From positions 8,462 through 72,461 of IMG/VR virus record IMGVR_UViG_3300033121_001033: DNA of 64,000 nucleotides; one strand, written 5' to 3'. Both the position numbers and the translations under genes were made by a program. Shown here one piece after another: positions 9,237 to 19,005 of this stretch. Numbering within the stretch: the stretch's first letter is position 1; the number at the start of each line of letters is the position of its first letter. The DNA comes from a virus (lineage: Duplodnaviria > Caudoviricetes). Below the pieces are notes generated by a model, which saw only the letters and a program-made list of their open reading frames with translations, was not told where the DNA came from and did not search any database.

Positions 9237-9605
9237 TTACTTAGTTTTGTTTTCAGTTAATACTTTTTGAGTACGTCCCGTCAATTGAGCCAACGTTTGT
9301 TTAATTTCTGGAATATGCTCTTGAATCTTCTTGAAAGCTGCATCATAAGCCAGTTTAAAAGCTGCATCCATTTCTTCAATGTAACAGGGACGAGTAACAC
9401 CAATTTCAATGCCTAGACTTTGATAATCCATACTAAGCTTTAAAGGAATGTGTACATGAACAGAAGCAGGAGTTGTTGCAAATTTATGAACTTCTAATGT
9501 TTCTTCTGTTGTATCAATTTTATCTATACCGTCTTTCAATTTAGCAGTTTTCGTAACTGTCATCTTTGTAACTGCTATTTGTGAATCTTTTGATTTTGTA
9601 GCCAT
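9237..9605 (-). CDS. Hypothetical protein heading the RecA operon
   Basis: Strong SD (AGGAG) and conserved leader upstream. Confidence 0.65.
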   Translation of the reverse strand: MATKSKDSQIAVTKMTVTKTAKLKDGIDKIDTTEETLEVHKFATTPASVHVHIPLKLSMDYQSLGIEIGVTRPCYIEEMDAAFKLAYDAAFKKIQEHIPEIKQTLAQLTGRTQKVLTENKTK

Positions 9606-9660
9606 TTTAATCTCCTATATTAGCTTTTAGCGATACGCTGTAGCCACTATGATTATAACA
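9606..9660 (-). promoter_or_regulatory. -10 box plus conserved leader hairpin (copy 1)
   Basis: TATAAT..TGGCTACAGC-GTATC-GCTAAAAGCTAA-TATAGGAG; near-identical copy before ssb. Confidence 0.6.
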
Positions 9661-9668
9661 CAATTCTA

Positions 9669-11039
9669 TTAATTTCTAGTAAACTTTTTAATCTCATGAT
9701 CTTTACTTCTATAAAAAGCTTCACGTCTTTCCCATTTTTTCTTTGAGTATTCATTATTCTCATAGAAGTCTACTAATAATAGTCTTTCTCGATTAGCATC
9801 ACCTTTATCTCTCAATCGTCCGGCTGGTTGTAAGGGATCTCCCGGAGGAGTAGCAAAGAATTCTGTATCCAAAGATGTAATATTTAAAGCGTCTCTGGCA
9901 TAAGAAAATGTTGTAAAAATTACATCTCCTGCGACAGCAGTATCTCTAGTTGCTTTTTTCTGACCGCCGACCATTAATTCTACTTTAGTTTGCGGATAAT
10001 CCTTAATTTTGGCTATTTCATTTTCAAACATTAATTTAAGTGTATCTAAGTGATTTCTTAATCTAGAGAAAACTAATATTCTGCGTTTTCCAGGTTGTCT
10101 GGCTTTTACTAGTTCCTCAACTATAATTTTATTTCTTTTACCGTCTTTGGCTAATTTCTTATCATATTTAAGTGGGTCTGGTGGATAATTTCCCCATGCA
10201 TCAGGTGTCCAACTTTTATAACTATTATATGGATAATCTATATTTGTATTAATTCCGCATACTAATAATTTTGCTGTCTTTTTTTGAACTGTATGCCCTA
10301 TTTCACCTAAATTCCATTTTATAATATTGGTTAAACCATCTTTTCTATTAATATCAGCTGTGACAGCTAATCTATATTTTGCAGGAAATTGTCTCCAAAC
10401 GGTTGACCATTTTTCACTACCAAATCTTTGTGTTTCATCATTTATTATAAAACCAAATTGATTATAAAGTTCATCTGGATATTTTCTAGACAGTAAGCTT
10501 TGAATACTCATTAGAGTAATAGGTTTATTTAATATACATTTATCTTGCTGTACTATTCCGATGTCTTCTTGTTTAATACCAAGAGCTTTCTCTGCTTCTT
10601 TAATCCAGTTATCAAACATATGCCCAGCATATATAAATACACCAATAGAAGTATTAAATTTGGAAGCAATTGCATAACTTACTAATGTTTTGCCAAAGCC
10701 TGTACCTGCTATTAGTACTCCACCAAATTGCTGTTGTAAATACTGCTCCATACTTTTAACAGCGGCTGTTTGACCACGACTCTCATCCAAAGTAGCAATA
10801 AAATTAAATTTTTGTGGTATTCCTGTTACTGTAGTATCCGTATATTGTTGATTTAATTGCTTTCCAAAAGCTCTTGGCACCCATAAATATTTATCATCTT
10901 CATGATAGGAACAAACAGTAAATCCAGGATTATCTTTCCAGGCTTGGGCCTCAAGAGTTAATTGTTTTTTAATGTTTTCTTTTTGTTGTTGTGTGAGTCT
11001 ATTAAGGCTAATTCCATAATCTGCATGTAAGCAATCCAA
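9669..11039 (-). CDS. SF2 helicase (UvsW/XPB-like)
   Basis: AGTGFGKT, DETQ motif II, AVTA motif III, QPAGRL motif VI; TTG start. Confidence 0.85.
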   Translation of the reverse strand: MDCLHADYGISLNRLTQQQKENIKKQLTLEAQAWKDNPGFTVCSYHEDDKYLWVPRAFGKQLNQQYTDTTVTGIPQKFNFIATLDESRGQTAAVKSMEQYLQQQFGGVLIAGTGFGKTLVSYAIASKFNTSIGVFIYAGHMFDNWIKEAEKALGIKQEDIGIVQQDKCILNKPITLMSIQSLLSRKYPDELYNQFGFIINDETQRFGSEKWSTVWRQFPAKYRLAVTADINRKDGLTNIIKWNLGEIGHTVQKKTAKLLVCGINTNIDYPYNSYKSWTPDAWGNYPPDPLKYDKKLAKDGKRNKIIVEELVKARQPGKRRILVFSRLRNHLDTLKLMFENEIAKIKDYPQTKVELMVGGQKKATRDTAVAGDVIFTTFSYARDALNITSLDTEFFATPPGDPLQPAGRLRDKGDANRERLLLVDFYENNEYSKKKWERREAFYRSKDHEIKKFTRN

Positions 11040-11066
11040 TTTGCGCTCTCATGCAGTACAAACCTT

Positions 11067-11258
11067 TTAAGTTACCGTTATGTTGAGATCAGGTATCATA
11101 GATTTGACTGCATGTAATAGATTCGCAGCTGATACCTCTAATGTCAAGCATTGTGAGTTTTTTCCTTGAATACTCAATACAATGTTACTAGTGTCCATGT
11201 TTCTACTAAACTCTAGCGTACCACCATCACCATCAACTGTTGCTTTTAATGTATTCAT
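11067..11258 (-). CDS. Small hypothetical protein
   Basis: Start reassigned to MNTLKA at 11258, which has an AGGAG SD. Confidence 0.55.
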   Translation of the reverse strand: MNTLKATVDGDGGTLEFSRNMDTSNIVLSIQGKNSQCLTLEVSAANLLHAVKSMIPDLNITVT

Positions 11259-11850
11259 TACGCTCTCCTGTATTATGTAAACAAAGAAATATACCAATCA
11301 TAATTGTTATTATTAGACCGTAGTATGCTCCGATACCTATTAAAAAGGCACCTAATACTAAACCGCCGAAGATTAAAAATTTTCTAACATTTTTAATATT
11401 AAAATTTAATAATTCACATATAGATAATACTATCTGACCTCCATCTAACGGAAGTACAGGAATAAGATTAAAAATACACATAATAATATTAGATGTAAAT
11501 AAGATATCTAATAAATATAGAGGCCCTAAAATATACATAAATAATATAGCGATAATTGCGAGTATGATATTTACTATAGGCCCCATTATTGAAATAAATG
11601 ACATATGAAATGGGTCTATTTTAGTATGATGATTAATATGAGCTATGCCGCCAAATGGATGTAATACTATTCGTGGAACGCTGTAACCAAAGTATTTGGC
11701 AGTTAAACCGTGACCTAATTCATGTAATAAAACTGATGTATATAATATAAAAGCTGGTAATAGTGTATTACTTAATAGAAAAGAAAGTAACATTATTAAA
11801 AATAATATATCAACAACTATCTCAATATTGAATATTTTGAATATTTTCAT
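11233..11850 (-). CDS. Site-2 protease (peptidase M50, SpoIVFB-like)
   Basis: HELGH, GPIVN and NLIPVLPLDGG motifs in a multi-TM hydrophobic protein. Confidence 0.9.
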   Translation of the reverse strand: MKIFKIFNIEIVVDILFLIMLLSFLLSNTLLPAFILYTSVLLHELGHGLTAKYFGYSVPRIVLHPFGGIAHINHHTKIDPFHMSFISIMGPIVNIILAIIAILFMYILGPLYLLDILFTSNIIMCIFNLIPVLPLDGGQIVLSICELLNFNIKNVRKFLIFGGLVLGAFLIGIGAYYGLIITIMIGIFLCLHNTGERNEYIKSNS

Positions 11851-13415
11851 TTATTTCTTCCTAAGAGGGAATTGATATAATTTAAGACTACTGACAATTC
11901 TCTACCACTCATTTGACTTCTTGATTTTTTAAATTGCCTAAAAAGCAGTTTATTCGTGGTGCCTCTTGGCAAGCGTTTAATAATATCGCGGCGTCTAGAC
12001 ATCATCTCAATCATCTTTCTCTGTTCTTGCTCATCTGGAGTAGCAATAGCAACATTCATTTCTTGTAGCTGTTCTAATTGTAGTGATGTTGTATTAGTTC
12101 CCGTAGATCCTGCACCTAACGGGGTAAATTTGATTATTTGTTCGGACCTTTCGGTATTTTCTTTTGCTTCCAATTCTTTCTGTTTTTTAACTTTAATTCC
12201 TCGATCTTGTTCTTCAGAGATAGTATAAACCACTCTTTGCATTCTTGGATCGTCTGGAACAAAAATATATGCTTTTTGTTTGTTGTAAGGATAATTATTT
12301 TTAATTGCCGTATAATCTACACGAGTTACGCGAGCAAATGCTTGTTCTAACCAAGGAACGGATCTTGTATTTGTAAGACAAATTAAATGTTTACAATCTG
12401 GAACGTCTAATCCTTCATAAGCCATTCCTACTGTAACTAATACTTGACCAATTCCTTTTCGAAAATCTTTGATCGTTTCTTGTGAACTGCTATCCTCAGA
12501 AATAGCAAGAGAGGCTTTGATTTTGAATTCGTCTTTTAATTGAACAGTAATATCCTTAGCCATCTGTTGAGTGGCACAAATTATAATTGCTCTAGAAGGG
12601 TATATTTTTCTAGTCTCTATCCAATGATTAACGCCCCTTCGTAGAAGTTTATCTCTAAAGTCTGTTTTATCTAAAAATGTCTGAATAACCCTAGAGGTTT
12701 CTGAATCTGTTGCATTTGAAATATTAAGTTCATGAACACCAAACTCATCTTCAAATTTGACCCAACCGCGTTCGTAAATAAATTCAATAGGTACTACTGC
12801 TTCTTCTAATAAGGCATCAAATCGAGAATAGATAATATCTTTAACTGGAAAATAAGAATCTTCTTCTTCAATATATTCTATAAAAGGAATAAGTTTCTTA
12901 TCGTGACGTTCGATTGTTCCGGTCATTAATAATGTATGAGTAGCATTCTCGACTAATGGTTCTAATGCTTTAACCCATGCCCCGTCTGATTCGTCTTGTA
13001 GATGATGCGGCTCATCAAGAATTAATAAATATTTTGTATGCTTTGTTGAATTAATATGCAATTCCGGATTAGCAGCAACAGATTGATATGTTGTTACATA
13101 TCCTGCGCAGCCATTTGAAACATCTCTGAATAGCGGAGCAATATTATCAGCTTTACGAATTGTATAATTCATTCCTAATTCAGGAATTTTAAATCCGTCC
13201 GCTGCTTGTTGCGCTAACGAACTACGGGGGCAAACCCAAACAACACGATTAATGTGTTGTCCTTTTATAAGGGCGTGCGCGTAAATACTTGCACCGCTTG
13301 ACTTACCGGCTCCCGGAACAGAATGGGCGACTGTAGTTTTACTTACAATAGTACCATTAACAATCTGTTCTGCCCTTTTAAAGAGTTCAGATTGGTGTAA
13401 TCTAAGTTTTTTCAT
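11847..13415 (-). CDS. SF2 DExH helicase (ResIII-like), paralog B
   Basis: VPGAGKS, LDEPHH, MTGT, EGLDVP, QAFARVTR. Confidence 0.85.
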   Translation of the reverse strand: MKKLRLHQSELFKRAEQIVNGTIVSKTTVAHSVPGAGKSSGASIYAHALIKGQHINRVVWVCPRSSLAQQAADGFKIPELGMNYTIRKADNIAPLFRDVSNGCAGYVTTYQSVAANPELHINSTKHTKYLLILDEPHHLQDESDGAWVKALEPLVENATHTLLMTGTIERHDKKLIPFIEYIEEEDSYFPVKDIIYSRFDALLEEAVVPIEFIYERGWVKFEDEFGVHELNISNATDSETSRVIQTFLDKTDFRDKLLRRGVNHWIETRKIYPSRAIIICATQQMAKDITVQLKDEFKIKASLAISEDSSSQETIKDFRKGIGQVLVTVGMAYEGLDVPDCKHLICLTNTRSVPWLEQAFARVTRVDYTAIKNNYPYNKQKAYIFVPDDPRMQRVVYTISEEQDRGIKVKKQKELEAKENTERSEQIIKFTPLGAGSTGTNTTSLQLEQLQEMNVAIATPDEQEQRKMIEMMSRRRDIIKRLPRGTTNKLLFRQFKKSRSQMSGRELSVVLNYINSLLGRNK

Positions 13416-14971
13416 GATTTATTTTTAAGTAGTTCCTCTATATATAAAATAGCATCTTCTATTTCTTGTTGCGTCATTTGTTTGCCTTTTTTAAATTTTG
13501 AAACTATTAATTTTAATGTAGTTCCTTTATTTAAGCGACGCATATGATCCCTGCGACGAATGAGAATACTAAGAAGTTTTATTCTTTCTTGTTCGCCGGC
13601 ATTATAGGGTCTTGTCTCTTGTTCTTGGTCCGTTCCTAATATTGTTGTAGTTGTTCCTTCAGAATCAGCACCGATCGGTTTAAAAATCATCGGTAATGCA
13701 GGACCATTTTCCTGTGGTTTTGGCTTTTGCGCTTTTCTAGCCTTAATTCCCCTATCCTGTTCTTCTAGCATCAACGCAACTATCTTCTGCATTCTAGGAT
13801 CATCTGGAACATAGATAGAAGCTTGCTGTTCTTCGTAAGATACACCAGAATTTAATGCTTTATAATCTACTCTTGTAACACGAGCAAACGCTTGTTCTAG
13901 CCAGGGCAGCGATCGAATATTTGTCAGGCATATAAGATACTTACAGTCTGGAACATCCAGCCCTTCGTATGCCATTCCAACAGTAACTAAGACATCTCCA
14001 AACAAACGTTTACGAAATTGTTTAATAGTTTGTTGAGAGTGTTTATCATCTGATACAGCTAATGCGACATCAACACCATAATCCTTATTAATTTTTGCTG
14101 CTAATTCTCTTGCAATATCCTGACGTGAACAAATTACAATTGCTCTTGAATTATATTTTGATCTTGATGCGAGCCAATCACTAATACCACGATCTAGTAA
14201 TTTATTTCTAAAATCTGTTTTGGCGAGGAAAGTTTGAATAACTTTAGAAACTTCGTCATCTTCAGCTGTTGAAATGTCTATATTGTGCGTTCCTAATGCG
14301 TCTTCAAATTGAACCCAACCCTTTTCAAATGTAAATTTTATAGGAACTATCGCTTTTTCAGTTAAAGCATCATATCTTGTATATACGATATCTTTTACAG
14401 GATAATATGCCCCTGCATCAAAAACGTACGGAATGAATGGAATTTGTTTTTGATCATGCCGTTCAATTGTTCCGGTCATTAAAAGAGTGTGATAAGCTCC
14501 TTTAACCAAAGGTTCTATAGCCGCCGTCCACATTGCAGCAGTATTCATATTATCTTGCAAATGATGAGGTTCATCTAAGATTAGAAGATACCGTTTGTTT
14601 AATAATTCTCTGAGATGAAGATTAGGATTTGCTGCAACTCCCTGATACGTAGCTGAGTAACCAACACAACCTTCTCGATTTAAAATAAGAGGAGCTTTAT
14701 TTCCAGGTCGTGTAATAAAATAATAAGGATTGATGTCTGAATCTTGAAAACCATCCGCCGCTTGAGTAGTTAATGATGTTCTTGGACAAATCCAAACAAC
14801 AGCATCTATTAAACCGGCATCTAACAATTCTTTGGCTAAAATCATACATAGCAAAGATTTACCGCCGCCTGGAGTTACATGTGTTACAGTAAGTTTATCA
14901 GTAATAGAGCCAGAAATTATTTCTCTGGCTCTCATTAAAAGATCTTTTTGGTGCAGCCTAAGTTCTTTCAT
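13412..14971 (-). CDS. SF2 DExH helicase (ResIII-like), paralog A
   Basis: TPGGGKS, LDEPHH, MTGT, EGLDVP, QAFARVTR. Confidence 0.85.
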   Translation of the reverse strand: MKELRLHQKDLLMRAREIISGSITDKLTVTHVTPGGGKSLLCMILAKELLDAGLIDAVVWICPRTSLTTQAADGFQDSDINPYYFITRPGNKAPLILNREGCVGYSATYQGVAANPNLHLRELLNKRYLLILDEPHHLQDNMNTAAMWTAAIEPLVKGAYHTLLMTGTIERHDQKQIPFIPYVFDAGAYYPVKDIVYTRYDALTEKAIVPIKFTFEKGWVQFEDALGTHNIDISTAEDDEVSKVIQTFLAKTDFRNKLLDRGISDWLASRSKYNSRAIVICSRQDIARELAAKINKDYGVDVALAVSDDKHSQQTIKQFRKRLFGDVLVTVGMAYEGLDVPDCKYLICLTNIRSLPWLEQAFARVTRVDYKALNSGVSYEEQQASIYVPDDPRMQKIVALMLEEQDRGIKARKAQKPKPQENGPALPMIFKPIGADSEGTTTTILGTDQEQETRPYNAGEQERIKLLSILIRRRDHMRRLNKGTTLKLIVSKFKKGKQMTQQEIEDAILYIEELLKNKS

Positions 14972-15736
14972 TTATAATTTTTCGATAATTCTACTTACTA
15001 TCTCACTACGTAAGACATCTCGGTTAGATAGTCGAACAACCCCAATATCTGGTGTTCCTTCTAATCTTTCCATTACTTCTGCTAGTCCACTATCTGGAAT
15101 ATCGGTTTGTGTAACGTCACCTTCAACAACAACGATACATTTTTTACCAATACGAGTTAGGAAAAGCTTAAGATCTTTATAAGTGCAGTTTTGTGCCTCA
15201 TCTAGAATGATGAAAGCGTTATTAAAACTACGTCCACGTATATAAGCTAAAGGAACTATCTCAATGTCTAATTGAAGAAGAAGTTCTTTTAGAGGATCTG
15301 CGCTTCCATTATGACTGGACTTATTATAGTTGTAAGAAATTAGTTCACCTGCGGCATCTTTTAAGAGAGGACGTAGGAATGGATCCATTTTGTTTTCTAA
15401 TTCGCCTGGTAACGCACCTAAGTCTTGATCATCACCAGCCATAATAGTTGGACGAACTATAACAATACGGAATACTTCTCCTTTAAAGTAAGATTGTAGG
15501 GCTAAACTCATAGCGCATAAGCTTTTACCAGAACCGGGAGGACCAGATGCAATTGTAACTATATTTTCTTTAATTGCATCAAATAATTCTTCCTGACCCT
15601 GTGTTCTCGGAGCTACTGGTTTGAAAAGATCCTTTACAGTCTTTACTTTACTTTGTTGTTTTGTTGAAAAATCTTGTACCTTGTGGTGAACCTTCTTTCT
15701 AGCCAAATGATTGTCTCCTTTAATTAGCGACAACAT
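14972..15736 (-). CDS. phoH: PhoH-like ATPase (likely TTG start at 15706)
   Basis: GPPGSGKS, LGALPG, YIRGRSF, DEAQN, GDVTQTD. Confidence 0.92.
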   Translation of the reverse strand: MLSLIKGDNHLARKKVHHKVQDFSTKQQSKVKTVKDLFKPVAPRTQGQEELFDAIKENIVTIASGPPGSGKSLCAMSLALQSYFKGEVFRIVIVRPTIMAGDDQDLGALPGELENKMDPFLRPLLKDAAGELISYNYNKSSHNGSADPLKELLLQLDIEIVPLAYIRGRSFNNAFIILDEAQNCTYKDLKLFLTRIGKKCIVVVEGDVTQTDIPDSGLAEVMERLEGTPDIGVVRLSNRDVLRSEIVSRIIEKL

Positions 15737-15775
15737 TATCTTAAACTATTTAAGGTTTTTATCCAGCCTTTAATT

Positions 15776-16948
15776 TCAAAAGCCTACACGAGAGACTTTA
15801 GTGGCTGGTTTATAATCTGGATCATCTTTAATAGCATATAAATCGGCGAGTGTATATTCTGATTCTGTAAGTCTGTCTTGACTTACATTATTATGCGCCA
15901 GCCAATTATCTAGTGTATTGTCTTTTAACTTATCAAAGACCAATCTTTGTATGCAACGACCAGATCGAATAATTGCGGGATCAAAGGCATCTATAGACTC
16001 ATTGGCAGTTAATAACAACTTAAAATCACCATCTGACAATAAACCATCAGTTATATTCAATAGACGTGAAAATCCAGGATTACTACGACAGTTCATCGAA
16101 AAGAAATCAGCCGAATCTTCTAAAATTATGATTCTTTTAGATAGTTTTGTCTCAGTTGACTCAGGACTATCTGAAGTTGATAATTCTCTATTTAAAGCCC
16201 CTAGCGTGCCATTGGATAACAACAATTCTTTCATATAAGAAGGAGACGCGAATAATTTTTCAACATCAAAAATTATTTCAGGCATTATGTTTTGTTTATA
16301 ACACTCACCTAACAAGTACTTGATTGCAGTTGACTTACCAGTGCCAGGGTCTCCGGTCCAAATAATTATGTTGCCCGATCTGTTATGTATCTTATCCGGT
16401 AGATTTTTAACAGATTTAAAAATTGATTCTGAATAATTATTAATTAAATTTTTCTCTTCTAGGAAATTAAAATATTTAATAACAAATGATGGACCACTAT
16501 CTGACAAAGACCATACTGCGACAGGAAAATTAGTGATAGTTTTTGTCTGCGGTTTTTTAAGATACTTACTAAAATGATCTTTAAGCAATTTTAAAGTTGA
16601 TTTTGCAAACGCTATAGTTTTGGCATGTATTTGTGGTATTATATAATTTGTATTAAGTCCTACAAATAAATTAACTAATAGTGTTTCATTAGTATTGGTA
16701 GCGATATCATTAATAATCGCAATATTTAATTGATTATTTTCGATTTTAGAGAGTTTAATTTTAAATTCTATAGAGTCAGTAACTTTAAAACTTTCTACAA
16801 TTTTAATTATATCATCCCAGTTTTTATCTTTTAAATCAAATTCAAAACTATCTAATTCAGTATAATATAAAGCATTTTGTTCTATATACTCTTTTAATTT
16901 TGAATTAAAAATGTAAGAAGATAATGTATTTGTATCAAATGTAATCAT
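15776..16948 (-). CDS. AAA+ ATPase with N-terminal accessory domain
   Basis: GDPGTGKS, ILEDSAD, LLNITDG, RSGR. Confidence 0.85.
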   Translation of the reverse strand: MITFDTNTLSSYIFNSKLKEYIEQNALYYTELDSFEFDLKDKNWDDIIKIVESFKVTDSIEFKIKLSKIENNQLNIAIINDIATNTNETLLVNLFVGLNTNYIIPQIHAKTIAFAKSTLKLLKDHFSKYLKKPQTKTITNFPVAVWSLSDSGPSFVIKYFNFLEEKNLINNYSESIFKSVKNLPDKIHNRSGNIIIWTGDPGTGKSTAIKYLLGECYKQNIMPEIIFDVEKLFASPSYMKELLLSNGTLGALNRELSTSDSPESTETKLSKRIIILEDSADFFSMNCRSNPGFSRLLNITDGLLSDGDFKLLLTANESIDAFDPAIIRSGRCIQRLVFDKLKDNTLDNWLAHNNVSQDRLTESEYTLADLYAIKDDPDYKPATKVSRVGF

Positions 16949-17359
16949 TTAGTTACCTTTCTGTTGTTGTGCCATCTGCGCTTTCTGAATTTTCTTTAAA
17001 AGTGCTTTAATATGTTTGCGAACTACGAATTCTTTTGCGCTTGAGACCTTCTTACCTGTATCAATAGCAACATTAATATTTGTCAATTCTTCTACGTCAA
17101 CACCTTCTTTTAAACAAGAAGGGTGTATAGCAATTGGCGTTTTTGCTTTATTTAATCCCATCATTACAACTTCGCAATGTTTAAAAGCTGTACTGCAAAT
17201 ATGACATTGTGCTCCTTGTATTTGTGGCAAAGGTTGTTGTTCAGCAGATTCAACTGGTGTTGATTCAGTAATAGTTGGTTGAATAGTCGGCGCAGTTGCT
17301 GTTGATCCCACGACATCAAAATGTACTGGTTCGTGTTTTACTTCGGTATTTTCGCTCAT
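16949..17359 (-). CDS. Hypothetical Zn-finger protein
   Basis: CHIC...HPSC. Confidence 0.55.
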   Translation of the reverse strand: MSENTEVKHEPVHFDVVGSTATAPTIQPTITESTPVESAEQQPLPQIQGAQCHICSTAFKHCEVVMMGLNKAKTPIAIHPSCLKEGVDVEELTNINVAIDTGKKVSSAKEFVVRKHIKALLKKIQKAQMAQQQKGN

Positions 17360-17368
17360 AATATCCTC

Positions 17369-18145
17369 TTATTGTTTATTCAAGAAATTAACTATGTCTT
17401 CTGACCCTTTTTCTACACAATCTTTACCATGCAGCTTAGCCCTAGCATCGGTCCAAATTATATAGGTATGATTAATGTTTTTAAATTTATTTAAATGATT
17501 TTTTAATGCTTCAGCTTGCGAAACAAATACATTTGAATCTTCTTGTCCGTGTATTGTTAATATTTTAATATTATTTCTACTATATGTTATTGACGTAGCC
17601 GAATTTAAATATTCCATTGTTGGTGTTGAACCAAACATTAAATTTGTAATACGATCATAATCGGAAAAGCATAAATTTTTATTTAAGGTAATGTCATGCC
17701 AGCCAGATATATTGATACAACTATTTGTAATATACTCATTATCGGATAAACCTCTAAAAGTGCTTTGTACGGCTAATGTAGCACCAGCAGATGATCCGGC
17801 CATGATAATGCGTTTTTCATTTAAATTTTCATATGCAAATTTTTGAAATTTTAAACAATCATCAATCTGAGAAGGCCATAGATTCTTATCTATAGTAAGA
17901 CGGTAATTTGGGCTGTAAACTTTGTAGCCTAAAGGACATACAAGATTAGCAAATTCTTTTGCTTCACTCTTATCACCCATCATAAGAGCGCCACCATGAA
18001 TGTATATTATTGTTTTGCCATTCCAATTTGTTGGTTCATACTTATCATATCTATCTGAGATTTGTTCGCCGTATGATAGATTTTCTTTTAAAGAGTAAGG
18101 AGCACAACCAATCATAAAGATAATTAATATCACTAAATATTTCAT
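17369..18145 (-). CDS. Lipoprotein alpha/beta hydrolase (esterase/lipase)
   Basis: Lipobox MIGC, IHGG oxyanion motif, GSSAG nucleophile elbow, HGQED and a C-terminal His. Confidence 0.85.
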   Translation of the reverse strand: MKYLVILIIFMIGCAPYSLKENLSYGEQISDRYDKYEPTNWNGKTIIYIHGGALMMGDKSEAKEFANLVCPLGYKVYSPNYRLTIDKNLWPSQIDDCLKFQKFAYENLNEKRIIMAGSSAGATLAVQSTFRGLSDNEYITNSCINISGWHDITLNKNLCFSDYDRITNLMFGSTPTMEYLNSATSITYSRNNIKILTIHGQEDSNVFVSQAEALKNHLNKFKNINHTYIIWTDARAKLHGKDCVEKGSEDIVNFLNKQ

Positions 18146-18154
18146 ATACTTTCC

Positions 18155-18940
18155 CTATTCAACTAAATAACAATTTGTAATCATAGAACTAGCATTAAGA
18201 TGCCCTCCCCCACCATATATTTGGGCTATTTTAGAAACATCAAAATTTCCAATAGATCTTAATGAATATTTAATTCTTCCATCTGAAAGCATATTCCAGA
18301 CACAGCCAAAAGTTGCCTTCTCAGCAAGTCTGTTTCCGATTTCTGATGCAAAACAGTATGAATTAACAGCTAAACCACTGAAACCATCTAATTCAATTGG
18401 TCTCGCTAATTTGAGCGCATTCTCAATTTGTTTGTTTTTTAATTTAAGCGCCGCTGAACCTTCTATTATTAAGTCGTTAATATTCATCTGTGAAAGTTTA
18501 TTCCATTCTTCGAATGTTCTATCTCTTAAATCTATAGCCTCACAAATTTCTCTAGCATTTGGAAAATTCCATTTCCATAAATCTCTGTCTTCTACATAGT
18601 TAACTAGCCAATTTCTTTCTGTGCTAAATAAATAATCCCATGCCATTCCAGCGCCGGATTTATTCATATCAAATGTACAAAAATCTAAGCCTTCAAGATC
18701 GTTTTTGGCACTTAAATGATGGTCTAGTACTTTAATAGATCGAGCTTGTTCTTTTAACTTTAAAAGCGTTTCTTTTTTATAAGAAAAATCTAAAATATAA
18801 ACATCTTTACCCGTAACGTCTGGTGGTGGATTTCCATGTTGCACAGGAATATACTCGGCTGAATTTTTATATGCGACATTAAAAGCCCATGCTGCTGTAA
18901 AACCATCGGCGCAATCGGCATGATATAATACTGTAGTCAT
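18155..18940 (-). CDS. DHH/DHHA1 phosphoesterase
   Basis: YHADCADG, LDHH, YSLRS, GGGGH; start MTTVLYH with SD. Confidence 0.88.
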   Translation of the reverse strand: MTTVLYHADCADGFTAAWAFNVAYKNSAEYIPVQHGNPPPDVTGKDVYILDFSYKKETLLKLKEQARSIKVLDHHLSAKNDLEGLDFCTFDMNKSGAGMAWDYLFSTERNWLVNYVEDRDLWKWNFPNAREICEAIDLRDRTFEEWNKLSQMNINDLIIEGSAALKLKNKQIENALKLARPIELDGFSGLAVNSYCFASEIGNRLAEKATFGCVWNMLSDGRIKYSLRSIGNFDVSKIAQIYGGGGHLNASSMITNCYLVE

Positions 18941-19005
18941 AATTTGACTCCTTATTAACACTATGTTAGACTCTTATATAGCATCATCACTGTTGGAGAT
19001 TTTAA

